This document shows positions 36,786 through 47,063 of a stretch of 64,000 nucleotides of DNA, piece after piece. The DNA comes from a virus. The notes beneath the pieces were generated by a model. It searched no databases. It was given only the letters and a program-made list of their open reading frames with translations, and had not been told where the DNA came from. A program made the translations under genes and the position numbers. Each line of letters begins with the position of its first letter. Positions within the stretch are counted from its first letter, which is position 1. The stretch spans positions 64,001-128,000 of the IMG/VR virus record IMGVR_UViG_3300045988_161245; one strand, given 5' to 3'.

Positions 36786-38750
36786 TTATGCCTACCTTTA
36801 GAGAAATGCAACAATTATACGCGAATATTGGAACAGTTGGTCAGCAGATTAAAAAACAATCTGATGATGCTATGGAAGCAACATGGGATAATTCTATCGC
36901 ATCAAGGGTTTGTTATATCTATGATTATTATCATGATGACTCTCCTACTTTGAATAGAAATATTACCTATGGACCACATACAACCAAAACTCGCATTGAT
37001 GCAAAATTTATTGTCAAATCTTATAGCTCACTGGATAAAGACCAGGTTGAGTATTATCTACAATTTAAACCAAGTCAGAAGACACAATTCGAACCAACTG
37101 ATGAACTCTATTATTTTGAAACAGATTACAGACGAAAATACGGATCAGACGATTTTGTAGGATTATATATTGATATAGCCGATGATCAAGGTATTTATCA
37201 TAGATGGCTTATCTGTACAAAAGAAATAGGCAATCAGTTTGTTAAATATAATATTCTTCCATGTGATTATTGGTTTCATTTTATTGTAAAGAAAAACGGT
37301 AAACGGTATAAACGGAAAATTTGGGGAGTAACGAGGACACAATCCTCGTACAACAGCGGATCTGTTACATGGTCCTTCCCATTAGAAATAAGGGGAAATC
37401 ATCCTTTGAATTGCTGGAAATTCCTAAAGACAATTAAACTACAACGCAAGTATGAAATATAACTAACCGTGAATGTGGCGAAAGCAGAAAAAATTAATTG
37501 TATGAGAACGAGGTTAAAACCCCTGTTCTCTTTTTTAATGGAAAATCAGCAGCGAAGCCTCGAATAGAGGAACGTTCAACGACTAAGCTACCTAAGTAGG
37601 TACTGTGGAGGACATCCGAAAGGATGAAGATATAGTCTGAACTTCTTTCGAAAGAAAGAGAAAACCGAAAGGTCTTATTTGAATTAACGAATCAAATAAG
37701 TAACGCATTTGTATGGACTGATAAGTAATTGTCCACTGCATTTGGAAACTATGCAGTGAATTTCTTCTAATTGCTGGAAACTCTTTAGAAATTTGTAAAC
37801 TACAACGCAAGCATGAAAAATGGCTAATCGTGAATGTTAAAAATTACAAATATTAGATAATCAGCAGCCAAGACTCGAATAGAGTAAGGTTCATCGACTA
37901 TTATGTAGGACAAGTGTCCGAAATGGAGAACACCTAAACCACAAGGCATGGTGAAGATATAGTCAGCACTTCATATGAGAATATGAGAAAAGCATTCGTG
38001 CTCTTTTGCAGCTTAACGAACTGTAAAAGTAACATAAGGTATTACTCTACTTCCACTGAGAACCAGTTTAAGGCAATCGTTCCGTTGAATCCAATTACTG
38101 AAGACATTTACTATGTAGAAGAAGACAATAAAAATATGCGTATAATTATTTCTGCACCTGTAGAAAAACCAAATGTATTCCAGGTAAGTAAAGTTGAAAC
38201 AGCTCCACTATTTGGACTGAAGAGACTTACTTTTGCACAGGATAAATTTGATCCTTATACAGATGGTAGAGATGATGTTGAAATTGCCAAAGGCGACATT
38301 TTTGCTATGTATGCAGATTTGTTTGATAATGAAGTACCTACTGATACTCCATTCCATACAGATACTGAGATAAAAATGGATACTATTCATTGTGATTTAT
38401 CATGCAATGCTAATAAGATTAAGATTGGCGGTAGTTATAAGTTAATTACTGCAAAATTCTTTAATATACAGGGAAGTGAAATTACAGATGAATTTATTCC
38501 ATATTTAGCAAAAAGCAGCTGGTCATGTTATGTAAAAAATAACAGACATGAAGATCCAGATGAAATCGAAGTCACGGATAATACTGATTTAATCACCTGG
38601 TTAGAGCAAAAAGAAAGCAACAAAATTAAAATTAAAATAGCAGACAATAAAGAGTATTTAACGAAAATTCTTGTAATTAAATGCTCTATAAATAAAGATG
38701 GAAGAAATATTGTTGGAGAGATTCAACTTCAAATTTCATCCGTATTATAA
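36782..38750 (+). CDS. structural (neck or tail-completion region) gene apparently split by two tandem group I-like introns
   Basis: ORFs 36782..37462 and 37983..38750 flank two roughly 300-340-nt repeats that carry group I core words. The ORF ends lying inside the repeats are conserved at the nucleotide level but not in frame. Exon limits are approximate (about 36782-37370, a possible micro-exon about 37712-37732, and about 38040-38750). Confidence 0.45.
37367..37711 (+). mobile_element. ORF-less group I-like intron A (boundaries approximate)
   Basis: Candidate P7 pairing GACTA (37581-85) / TAGTC (37633-37) within AAGATATAGTCTGAAC, the J8/7-P7 consensus known from Tetrahymena and T4 introns. 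Several hairpins. Confidence 0.5.
37733..38039 (+). mobile_element. ORF-less group I-like intron B, a diverged tandem copy of A (boundaries approximate)
   Basis: Shares aattgctggaaa, aaactacaacgcaag, aatcagcagc, cgacta and gaagatatagtc blocks with copy A. GACTA 37896-900 / TAGTC 37960-64. Confidence 0.5.
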
Positions 38751-38763
38751 AGGAGGCTCATAA

Positions 38764-39384
38764 ATGGATAAACTTCAAACAAAGCAGGAACTTCTTGCAA
38801 AGCTTACAGCATTAACGAGCGTTCCTGATGATAATAATATTTATCTAAAAGAAAAGGTTAAAAAAGCCTTACTAAAATCTCCAGAACTCTTGTATGCATT
38901 TCATAATTTAGACTTAGAAGATACTGAACTTTTTAATCCAGACGGAACTATTAACTACACAGGTGATTGGTCTATGTATTATGGAGAAGAGGGGAATATC
39001 CACCCTCACTTTTATTTACCTAATACACAAGATAAAGTTCGGCACCATCTTTGTTTTAAAACTGAATTCACAGACATTCCAAAGTACAACCAAATCATGT
39101 GTTATATGAATGTTACTTTTTTAGTAATGGTAGATGTACGTGATGCAATTGATCCACTTACAGGAATTACACGGCATGATCTTATTGGCTCAATTCTTCG
39201 TGAAAGATTTAATTGGTCTAATATTTTTGGTGCACATTGCTATATTGTAAGTGATAAGGAATCTTTTACAGATTCAAATTATATTATTCGCACTATTGTT
39301 CTTGAGCAGGAAACCACAAATAATATCACCGGTATTCGAAATGGAAAGCGACAGGTTATTAATAAACAGCCATGGACAAGTTAG
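38764..39384 (+). CDS. putative tail-completion/terminator protein
   Basis: 206-aa ORF with an AAGGAGG RBS, assigned by position. Confidence 0.35.
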   Translation: MDKLQTKQELLAKLTALTSVPDDNNIYLKEKVKKALLKSPELLYAFHNLDLEDTELFNPDGTINYTGDWSMYYGEEGNIHPHFYLPNTQDKVRHHLCFKTEFTDIPKYNQIMCYMNVTFLVMVDVRDAIDPLTGITRHDLIGSILRERFNWSNIFGAHCYIVSDKESFTDSNYIIRTIVLEQETTNNITGIRNGKRQVINKQPWTS

Positions 39385-40139
39385 AGTTTGATGAATCAAT
39401 CTTTAAATATGATGAGTGCAAACTTCTATTTAGAGAACCATATAGACTGAACAGTTATATAACGATTTCGCAACCGACTATGCAGGATATTATTAATTTT
39501 GGTGAACAGGAATATTATCAGATGATTGGACTGCTATGTGGTACACCATCTGATTTTAAAGTAATGCTTTGGGATAATGGGCAAGATTGGAATAAGATTA
39601 GTGAATTTGATTTTTTCTGTGTTTTTGCTACAAGCTTAACGCCAGACAAAACAGGAATTTTATTTGGAGATTTAGATTTTAGTAAATTCCGCTTGGCTAC
39701 GAAAAATGAGACAGGCGAAACAGTTCTTTATAATGAAGAACTTGATTTTGCAATTGATTCCTTTATTTATCATCACATAGTTTCTTATATAAGGCGTATT
39801 AATGGCATGACTTATACAGGAACTAAGATTATAAAAGGAGCAACTGCAAAGAAATTGGTCATTGAAAGAGACCGAAATAGAATGAAAGCTCAGGCAAATA
39901 AGCCGTATGAATCACAATTAGTTAATTTGATTTCTGCTATGCTTGTTTATCCTGGTTTCAAATATAGTAAAGATCAGTTAAAAGAATGCGGAATATATGA
40001 ATTCATGGATGCTGTTAAGCGTTCACAGATATACACTTCTACTATTGCTCTTACACAAGGAGCTTACAGTGGATTTATGGATACAAAAAATATTAAGCAG
40101 GAATCATTTAACTGGTTACGTAGTACAGACCAAACTTAG
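39372..40139 (+). CDS. hypothetical structural protein
   Basis: 255-aa ORF overlapping the upstream gene. Confidence 0.5.
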   Translation: MDKLEFDESIFKYDECKLLFREPYRLNSYITISQPTMQDIINFGEQEYYQMIGLLCGTPSDFKVMLWDNGQDWNKISEFDFFCVFATSLTPDKTGILFGDLDFSKFRLATKNETGETVLYNEELDFAIDSFIYHHIVSYIRRINGMTYTGTKIIKGATAKKLVIERDRNRMKAQANKPYESQLVNLISAMLVYPGFKYSKDQLKECGIYEFMDAVKRSQIYTSTIALTQGAYSGFMDTKNIKQESFNWLRSTDQT

Positions 40140-40151
40140 GTCTGTTTTTTT
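40125..40151 (+). terminator. Rho-independent terminator overlapping the stop codon
   Basis: acagacc-aaactta-ggtctgt followed by TTTTTTT. Confidence 0.65.
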
Positions 40152-40180
40152 ATGCAAAAATTTAAAAGGAGGATACACAC

Positions 40181-40993
40181 ATGTTTAATCTTGATGGTGT
40201 AATTTGGGACTCAGCCCTTCATGCTGTCGCTGATAATAAAGACACTGGAGAAGTTTATTACAGACTTCCGGATATCAGTGATGTTTCTATCGACATTTCT
40301 GCAGACACCAAAGATTCTGTTGATAAGGATGGTGCTCTTATTAAGAGATCTTATACTGCTAAAGCTGCAACCGTTACTCTGACAAATACTCACCTTGTAC
40401 TTGGTGCTTATGCAGGTACAACTGGATCTAAAAAGATCATGGTTGATACTGTAGGTGAAATGGAAGCTCCAAAAATGCTTCTTGTGGACCCAAGTAAGGC
40501 AGATTTTGATCTTCCAGATGAGCCTGTTACTGGTACTGTTAGTGTAACACCAATTTATAAAGATGGTGGTACCGGTAAATCCTTTACTCTGTCTGATGGT
40601 GAGGCTGACGAGAATACAAAATTCCAGTTGGCAGCAAAGAAGATTACTTTCCCAACTAAAGTAAAGGACAATGCAGAAATCGTACAGCTGCTTATTAAAT
40701 ATGAGTACAAGTGTAAAGACACTGTTATTATTGAGAATCATGCAAATAAATTTCCTAAAACAGTTCGCCTTACAATCGTTGGATTATATTGTTACCCATG
40801 TGAAAAAGACGTTCTGCTTCTTGGTTACATTGTATTCCCAAGCTTCCAGCCAAGTCCAGAGACCACAATTGCTATGAAGAATGATTCTACATTCGATTAC
40901 AAGGGTGATGCTCAGTCTGACTACTGTGCAAGAAAGAAACGTCTGTTCTATATGGTATTCCCAAAAGATGATGTACAGGCAGACGAAGACTGA
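40181..40993 (+). CDS. major tail (tube) protein
   Basis: 270 aa with an AAAGGAGGA RBS, bracketed by terminators. Position upstream of the chaperone/TMP region. Confidence 0.5.
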   Translation: MFNLDGVIWDSALHAVADNKDTGEVYYRLPDISDVSIDISADTKDSVDKDGALIKRSYTAKAATVTLTNTHLVLGAYAGTTGSKKIMVDTVGEMEAPKMLLVDPSKADFDLPDEPVTGTVSVTPIYKDGGTGKSFTLSDGEADENTKFQLAAKKITFPTKVKDNAEIVQLLIKYEYKCKDTVIIENHANKFPKTVRLTIVGLYCYPCEKDVLLLGYIVFPSFQPSPETTIAMKNDSTFDYKGDAQSDYCARKKRLFYMVFPKDDVQADED

Positions 40994-41003
40994 TATTTTC
41001 TTA

Positions 41004-41036
41004 ATCCCATGGGCTAATATGTCCATGGGATTTATT
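41004..41036 (+). terminator. Rho-independent terminator after the tail tube gene
   Basis: atcccatgg...ccatgggat 9-bp stem followed by TTTATT. Confidence 0.6.
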
Positions 41037-41053
41037 GAAGGAAAGGAGATACC

Positions 41054-41506
41054 ATGTCTAAGAAAAGAAAATGTTTAATGTGTGAGACTGAGTATGAATA
41101 CTGTCCGTACTGTTGGGAATATGAACGTCAACCAAGATGGAGAACTCTCTTTGATAGAGCTGAGTGCCAGGATGTTTACTACATTATTAGTGATTGGCTT
41201 GGTAAACGACTTACTCAAAAAGAAGCTAGAGAAAAACTTCTTGCAGTGAATATTAAAAATATTCCGTTCAATTCATCTGTACAGGGAAATATTGATAAAA
41301 TCATGCAGATCTCTGATGAAGAATTAAAAGCAGTTCATGACGAAATTGATGATTCTGATGAGGTAATGGATGGAATCAAAAATATCGAACCAGTTCTTAA
41401 AAATGATAAAGTTTTTGAGAAAGCTGATGAGAAAAAGAAACAGACAGTAAAGATTAAACCGGTTTCTACAGTAAAACCAGTAGTTAATAAAACTACTAAT
41501 AAATAA
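41054..41506 (+). CDS. zinc-ribbon protein
   Basis: 150 aa. CLMCETEYEYCPYC at the N-terminus. Confidence 0.55.
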   Translation: MSKKRKCLMCETEYEYCPYCWEYERQPRWRTLFDRAECQDVYYIISDWLGKRLTQKEAREKLLAVNIKNIPFNSSVQGNIDKIMQISDEELKAVHDEIDDSDEVMDGIKNIEPVLKNDKVFEKADEKKKQTVKIKPVSTVKPVVNKTTNK

Positions 41507-41616
41507 TTTTGAAGAGTGATTAAGGAGGTAAGAAAAATATGACCTATTCGCATTGTTCGCGTTTTAAAATCATTCTTACCTCATTTTTTCGCCTTTCTAT
41601 ATGATCAAAAGGATAA

Positions 41617-41838
41617 ATGCTTATGCGTGAATATAACGAAGTAATGAATAAATACTATGATCCTGAAAAATGTGTATTCTTTGAAAATGCTCTTCAGAGT
41701 AATGCTTATATTTTTCGCGGTAATGCAGAACTACAGGCAGTCTTAGATTCAAAAAGAAATCCAGGACGCTTTGTATTCGCATTCCTTATCAGTGATCATA
41801 AGAGACTTAGAGAAAAATGGAAAAATCACGAATTATAG
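41617..41838 (+). CDS. small DUF5659-like protein (paralog 3)
   Basis: 73 aa. CVFFENALQSNAYIFRGNAE...FVFAFLISDHKRLREKW. Confidence 0.45.
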   Translation: MLMREYNEVMNKYYDPEKCVFFENALQSNAYIFRGNAELQAVLDSKRNPGRFVFAFLISDHKRLREKWKNHEL

Positions 41839-41848
41839 GTGATACATT

Positions 41849-42238
41849 ATGAAATATTTAACAGAAAAAGAATTTGAAAAAGAAATGACTCAGATCAAAC
41901 AGCAAAAGCGTCAATATGAAATGAGAAAAGAACTTAGAGAAGCAAAACGCAGATTTCCTAAGTTTAAGAAACCAAGAACAAGTAAGATGGTGTTATGGAC
42001 TGTGATTGCTATTTGTATACAGATTTTATGGTTTACAGAACATATGGCAACTATTACAGGTGACACAAGTTTTATGTATGCACTTGTCGCTATTCCTGCC
42101 TCATTAATTCCAACTGTTTTAAGTTATATGAAAAATAGTCGTGTGGAACATCAAATGGGACAGTTTGAAAATCCGATAGAGACTCCATATGTAACTTTAG
42201 ACTTAAATAATGAAGAAGAAAATAAAGCAGCCGGTTAA
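41849..42238 (+). CDS. membrane protein (2 TM)
   Basis: 129 aa with a basic coiled N-terminus followed by VLWTVIAICIQILWF and ALVAIPASLIPTVL. Confidence 0.55.
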   Translation: MKYLTEKEFEKEMTQIKQQKRQYEMRKELREAKRRFPKFKKPRTSKMVLWTVIAICIQILWFTEHMATITGDTSFMYALVAIPASLIPTVLSYMKNSRVEHQMGQFENPIETPYVTLDLNNEEENKAAG

Positions 42239-42251
42239 AGAGGTGAAATGA

Positions 42252-42548
42252 ATGAATACAAATACTTTTATTATGTTATTTGCAATTTATAGTATTGCAA
42301 CAGGACTTGTAGTTGAGACAATTAAAAAATTACTTGATGAAGCAAATAGAAAATATGCTTCCAATTTACTTGCTTTTATTGTTGCAATTGTTATCGGAAC
42401 TGTAGGAACACTTGTATATTACCAGTTATATGGTATTGCTTTTGATGTAAACAATATTATTTGTGCAGTGCTACTTGGAATTTTAAGTGGTATTGGTGCA
42501 ATGGTTGGTTTTGATAAAGTAAAACAGTTTATTGGACAGATTAAATAA
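42252..42548 (+). CDS. holin-like 3-TM protein
   Basis: 98 aa with three hydrophobic segments and a charged C-terminus (GFDKVKQFIGQIK). Typical holin size. Confidence 0.45.
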   Translation: MNTNTFIMLFAIYSIATGLVVETIKKLLDEANRKYASNLLAFIVAIVIGTVGTLVYYQLYGIAFDVNNIICAVLLGILSGIGAMVGFDKVKQFIGQIK

Positions 42549-42569
42549 AGAGTAAAAGGATGATTTTAT

Positions 42570-42803
42570 ATGGAATTTGAGAAAAGAACAGAATCAGAAC
42601 ATGAAAAATGGATTGCAGGAAATAATTATAAATATGAATTAAATACATTCTATGATTTCTGGGGAATTAATAAAAACGATTTTTTTGAAATAACTTCTGA
42701 AATTATTTCTTTATTAAAAACAAAAGGACTCACTATGAGGCAAGCCCAAATTGTTTTAATGAGATGTAAAGAGCTTATATTAGATGCAGTCAATGTAGAT
42801 TAG
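42570..42803 (+). CDS. hypothetical protein
   Basis: 77-aa ORF. Confidence 0.5.
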   Translation: MEFEKRTESEHEKWIAGNNYKYELNTFYDFWGINKNDFFEITSEIISLLKTKGLTMRQAQIVLMRCKELILDAVNVD

Positions 42804-42961
42804 TGCTGCAGAAATTCATTGATGATTAAATCGTAAGCATCAATAAAAGTATTAGCAACATTACTTGTATCGTGGTTGTGATTTCGTTCTGTGATTTGCA
42901 ATGCAATTTGTTTAGCAATTTCTTCTTTCTCATTATCTTTAAGCTCCTTAAAATTTCTCAT
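42800..42961 (-). CDS. hypothetical small protein (antisense orientation)
   Basis: ORF 42800..43030. The ATG at 42961 has a TAAGGAGGAT RBS. Confidence 0.5.
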   Translation of the reverse strand: MRNFKELKDNEKEEIAKQIALQITERNHNHDTSNVANTFIDAYDLIINEFLQH

Positions 42962-43047
42962 ATCAAAATCCTCCTTAGTAAAATTTGTTTTGTTTCTATT
43001 AATTATACGAGTAAAAATAATTAAAATCACATGATTAAAGGAAATTT

Positions 43048-43617
43048 ATGACAGAAAAATTATACCTGACCTCTCCTATACCACCATCAGTTAACCATTA
43101 TACTTCTGTACGTACCATAATGAAAAATGGTAGACCACTTTCAATGGTATATGAGACTAAAGAAGCGAAGGATTATAAAAAAGCATTCAAGAAAATAATC
43201 GAGGATGAAGTTAAAAAACAGAATTGGACCAGAGAGGTAAATGATACACAGCATTTTTTTATAGATGCTGTTTTTTATTTCGATAGAATTGATAAAGATT
43301 GTGCAAACTATGAAAAATGCTTAGATGATACAATCACAGAAACACAGCTAATATGGAAGGATGATAATGTAGCACTCTTCCGCCCTCAGAGAATTTACTA
43401 CGACAAGGATAATCCAAGAATTGAACTGACTATTTATCCTGTTGAATATATTGGAATCTTTGATAATGACGATGATAAGGTGAAATTCGAAGATAAGTGT
43501 AAGACATGTAAACGCTATGCAAGAAATTGCAGTTTACTAAGAAAAGCTATTGAAGGAAGGGTTCAACCGGAAATCAAGGATTATGTATGTGAAAAATACT
43601 TTGAAATGAAAAATTAA
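43048..43617 (+). CDS. rusA: RusA-like Holliday junction resolvase
   Basis: PPSVNHYT...ETKEAKDYK...DAVFYFDRIDKDCANYEKCLDDTI...WKDDN follows the RusA pattern (P.S.N ... D.DN..K...D ... DD). Confidence 0.6.
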   Translation: MTEKLYLTSPIPPSVNHYTSVRTIMKNGRPLSMVYETKEAKDYKKAFKKIIEDEVKKQNWTREVNDTQHFFIDAVFYFDRIDKDCANYEKCLDDTITETQLIWKDDNVALFRPQRIYYDKDNPRIELTIYPVEYIGIFDNDDDKVKFEDKCKTCKRYARNCSLLRKAIEGRVQPEIKDYVCEKYFEMKN

Positions 43618-43634
43618 ATATTGGAAAAATTATT

Positions 43635-43814
43635 ATGTACTCTTATGAGATTAGTGAACTATTAACAAGAAGTAACTATAGAATTCCATCGGATGTTTAT
43701 TGGAAAATATGTGAATCACCACAGGTATGCAGAGTTAAATATAATCCATATGGTGATTGTATAGAAATTTGGACATCCGATGGAAACTATTGGAAAGTTA
43801 CTGTTTATGAGTAA
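43635..43814 (+). CDS. hypothetical small protein (59 aa, below the ORF-track cutoff)
   Basis: Hand translation gives MYSYEISELLTRSNYRIPSDVYWKICESPQVCRVKYNPYGDCIEIWTSDGNYWKVTVYE. The RBS is weak. Confidence 0.4.
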   Translation: MYSYEISELLTRSNYRIPSDVYWKICESPQVCRVKYNPYGDCIEIWTSDGNYWKVTVYE

Positions 43815-43847
43815 AAGGAAAAATTGTTTGAAAAGGAGTAATTAACT

Positions 43848-44402
43848 ATGAAAGATATTACCGTACAGGAATTTATTAATACATATAATAAGAAGGAATC
43901 CGATCAGGAAAAGCAGGATTACATTGAATCTATGGTAAAAATTGAATATATGCCGATTAATACAAAAATGACTCTTGCTGAAAAAATTGTTGAAAACGCA
44001 TATTGGAAAGATGTTGAGAAAAAGGATATTGTAAGCGTCAGCTCTCCAGTTAGACATGTGCTTCATGTGTACACGATTATTAACAACTATACATATATTC
44101 ATATGGACAATAAGACTATGGCCGAAGATTATGACTATCTTAACAGAGACGGACTTGTTGTAGAACTTATTAAAGCAATTGGTAATGATGTCAAAGAATT
44201 TACAGCTATTGAGGAAATGACTGCACAGGATTTTATGACTAATCATTATGGAACACAGGCATTTATTCAGAACCAGGTTACCAGACTGAATGATGTGTTG
44301 AAACAGGTTGGTACTTCTCTCGCACCAGTATTTGCTGAAGCGATGAAAGATATTAGTAAGGAAGATATTATAAAGCTTGTTAAAGCGATTTCTTCAAAAT
44401 AA
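43848..44402 (+). CDS. hypothetical protein (possible tail assembly chaperone by position)
   Basis: 184-aa ORF with an AAAGGAG RBS. Confidence 0.45.
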   Translation: MKDITVQEFINTYNKKESDQEKQDYIESMVKIEYMPINTKMTLAEKIVENAYWKDVEKKDIVSVSSPVRHVLHVYTIINNYTYIHMDNKTMAEDYDYLNRDGLVVELIKAIGNDVKEFTAIEEMTAQDFMTNHYGTQAFIQNQVTRLNDVLKQVGTSLAPVFAEAMKDISKEDIIKLVKAISSK

Positions 44403-44477
44403 AATATGAACATTTAGTTAAGATCCATGGCTGTCAAAGGTCATGGAGCTTTTTACAGTTTGAATAGGAGTTAAAAT

Positions 44478-45011
44478 ATGATTTCATTAAAAATTAACGC
44501 TTCTAATCTCAATAAGGCGGCTAGAAAATTTAGAAAATTAGCTGATAGTATTGAGACTGCAGAAAAGAAAACAAATGAAGAAATACCTAAAAAGGCTGCT
44601 CCTGAGATTGAAAATGCAAGCAGGTTCGCAGTTGAAGATTGGTATATGTCATTCAATCCTGAATACTATGAAAGAACTGAATCCCTATTAAATGTATATG
44701 ATGTAAAGCCATTATCAGGGGAAATTAATGTTAATTTAAGCTCTGATGAATTAGGTGGACATAGAGTAGGTAATGACTACATTTATGAGTATATATTTAA
44801 ACAAGGTTATCACGGTGGAGCCATTGATGGTCCTGAACATCCAGCTCCTGGAACTCCATATTGGAGAACAGGATTTAATTTTTCAGAATGGGGAAGACCT
44901 GCTCCAAAAACAACTTCTGCTTATATGCTTATGCAGAAATACATTAGTGAAAAGAAAGATCCAATTAAGGAACTTACGTGGAGTACGTTTATTGGATATC
45001 TAAAATGGTAA
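44478..45011 (+). CDS. hypothetical protein (possible tail assembly chaperone by position)
   Basis: 177-aa ORF with an AGGAG RBS. Confidence 0.45.
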   Translation: MISLKINASNLNKAARKFRKLADSIETAEKKTNEEIPKKAAPEIENASRFAVEDWYMSFNPEYYERTESLLNVYDVKPLSGEINVNLSSDELGGHRVGNDYIYEYIFKQGYHGGAIDGPEHPAPGTPYWRTGFNFSEWGRPAPKTTSAYMLMQKYISEKKDPIKELTWSTFIGYLKW

Positions 45012-45029
45012 GAAAGGAAGTGAATTTAT

Positions 45030-46721
45030 ATGCCTAATGAAGATTTTAGTATAAAAACTGGTATAGAGGTTGATGATAGTAAAGTCAGCCAATTAAAAAG
45101 TATTGCTGATGAGCTTGAAAAAACAGCGAAAGCTTTACAGAAAATTAATAACGTAAAATTTAATGGTGATATTTTCTCTGGGTTGACAAATGCAGGAAAA
45201 AATATTCAAAACGTCACTAAAGAGATTGATAAATTACAGAAGTCTGCCAATGGTGCTGGAAAACCATTAAACAACATTGGAAAAGGCGCAGAAAGTATTG
45301 TTTCAGGAAACTCAACGCAGTTTACATTATTAGATTTAACTTCTATTGATGTAATTAAATCAAGTATGAGTGAAATTGCAGACTCTGCTCAGAATCTTAA
45401 AGAAGCATTAGGATCAGAAGTTACTTCCGGATTAATGACTCAGATTGATGCTATGTTGGCGAAAAAAGATGAGTTACAAAATCTTGCGAACATTTTGAAA
45501 AGCAATAAGGAAGATTTAAATAAGGCTGCGAAAGCAACTGGAAGTAGTAATAAGAAGTCTACAAATAACACATCGTCTTCCACTTCTACTAAAACCCCAA
45601 AATATGTAACTGACCAGTCTTATGTTGGTGATTATAAGACACTTGCAGATAATGAAGCTTTTGTTCATACTCTTAGTACGTTTAGACATAATACAACAGA
45701 AGCTCAAGCCGCCATAGAAGAACGAAATAAAGTTATGGCAAGAGTAAACGCAAAAACACCACAGAACACTTCTGAAATAAATGCAAAGCAGAGATTTGAT
45801 GATATTGATAAGACTATCACAGACAATCTTAGTAAATACGGAAATCGAATTCAGAGCGCCTATGATGCTTTCGACAAGATAAAAGTAGACAAAAGTGGCA
45901 TCGCTGGAATTGAAGATGTATTTAAATCCAGTGAAGAACAGATTAATAAATGGGCTACTGCTGTCGCAAAAGGCAAAATGGGCATTAGTGAATTTGAGAA
46001 GAAAGTCGGTGGATTAAGTGGATCTGTTGGTAGTATTGGTAAAATCATTGATCCTGCAAGTATCACAGATGCAAAAATGGAATTGGAAAGTTATCTGAAA
46101 GAACTTACTAATGTACAGGATATTACTTTTAGTGGATTTACAGAAAAGAATGGAATTGTTTCGCTAAAAGGTACATTTAAGGATAGTGCCGGTGAAGCGC
46201 AGACTTTAAGTGTCCAATTAAATACACTGAATGGACAGATTAAAAATCTTGGAACTTCTGTAAAACCTGTTGAAAGTGGACTAAGTAAATTCTTCTCAGG
46301 TTGGAAAGAAAAAATGGTAAACCTTGCCCAATATTTGACTTCATTCCAGGCAATGAATCAAGTTTGGAATACGTTCAAGCAAGGTTTAGAAATAGTTAAA
46401 GAATTTGATACTGCTCTTACAGAAATGCGAAAAGTATCAGATGAGCCAATCAGTAAGCTGAAAGAATTTCAGAAGGAAAGCTTTGATATGGCTAAGAGCG
46501 TTGGTACTACTGCTCTACAGATTCAGAACAGTACCGCCGATTTCCAGAGGCTCGGAGAATCATTCTCGGATGCCAAGCAGTCAGCTGTAAATGCTAATAA
46601 ATTATTAAATGTATCAGAGTTTGATAATATTGATGATGCAACTTCTGCGCTGATTTCTATGAAAGCTGCGTATAGCGAAGTTGCAGAGTCAGATTTGGTG
46701 GATAAGGTCAACCAAGTAGGT
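45030..46721 (+). CDS. tape measure protein, exon 1 (564 codons)
   Basis: Coiled-coil N-terminal part, then the start of the TP901-type TMP core (...FQKESFDMAKSVGTTALQIQNSTADFQRLG...DKVNQVG). ORF 45030..46772 runs on into the intron. Confidence 0.7.
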
Positions 46722-46853
46722 GTCAGTATTATGCCTAAACACATGGTAACATGTGGGGTTTTACCCTGTTGATAACTATATCGGTAAACGTCTAGCGATA
46801 GATAATACCGAGGTAAGATATTTTAGAATTATATTATGATTAAAGGAGAAGTT

Positions 46854-47027
46854 ATGAAAGATAGTAAATTATATTGTTGTTTTTCAGTTCCACTCAGAGA
46901 TTATTTGATTTCAAATGGTCTTAGGTATGAGGTGTGTGCAAAAAATCCAAATACAGATAATTTGATGTGGATTTTTATTCGAACAGAAAAGCTTAATTCT
47001 CTTTTAAAGCAATGGAGTAATAAATAA
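46854..47027 (+). CDS. small DUF5659-like protein (paralog 4), intron-encoded
   Basis: AAAGGAGAAG RBS. MKDSKLYCCFSVPLRDYLISNGLRYEVCAKNPNTDNLMWIFIRTEKLNSLL. Confidence 0.55.
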   Translation: MKDSKLYCCFSVPLRDYLISNGLRYEVCAKNPNTDNLMWIFIRTEKLNSLLKQWSNK

Positions 47028-47063
47028 TATTATTAATTTTTTAATGAAAGGTATGGATTTATT

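Noticed and set aside
40181-40993. Contractile-tail (myovirus) assignment
   Set aside because: No sheath-sized gene precedes the tube candidate. The TMP is followed by Dit and Tal-type genes, which fits a siphovirus-like tail.
40211-41026. Antisense ORFs 40211..40741 (176 aa) and 40784..41026 inside the tail tube gene
   Set aside because: No RBS, and the translations are Cys/Ile/Phe-rich, typical of the reverse complement of a real gene. The sense ORF has a strong RBS and flanking terminators.
45516-46744. Short antisense or alternative-frame ORFs within TMP exon 1; many similar ones occur within 54993-61298
   Set aside because: They are nested in a long, well-supported coiled-coil ORF, have no RBS, and are the expected by-products of a biased codon composition.
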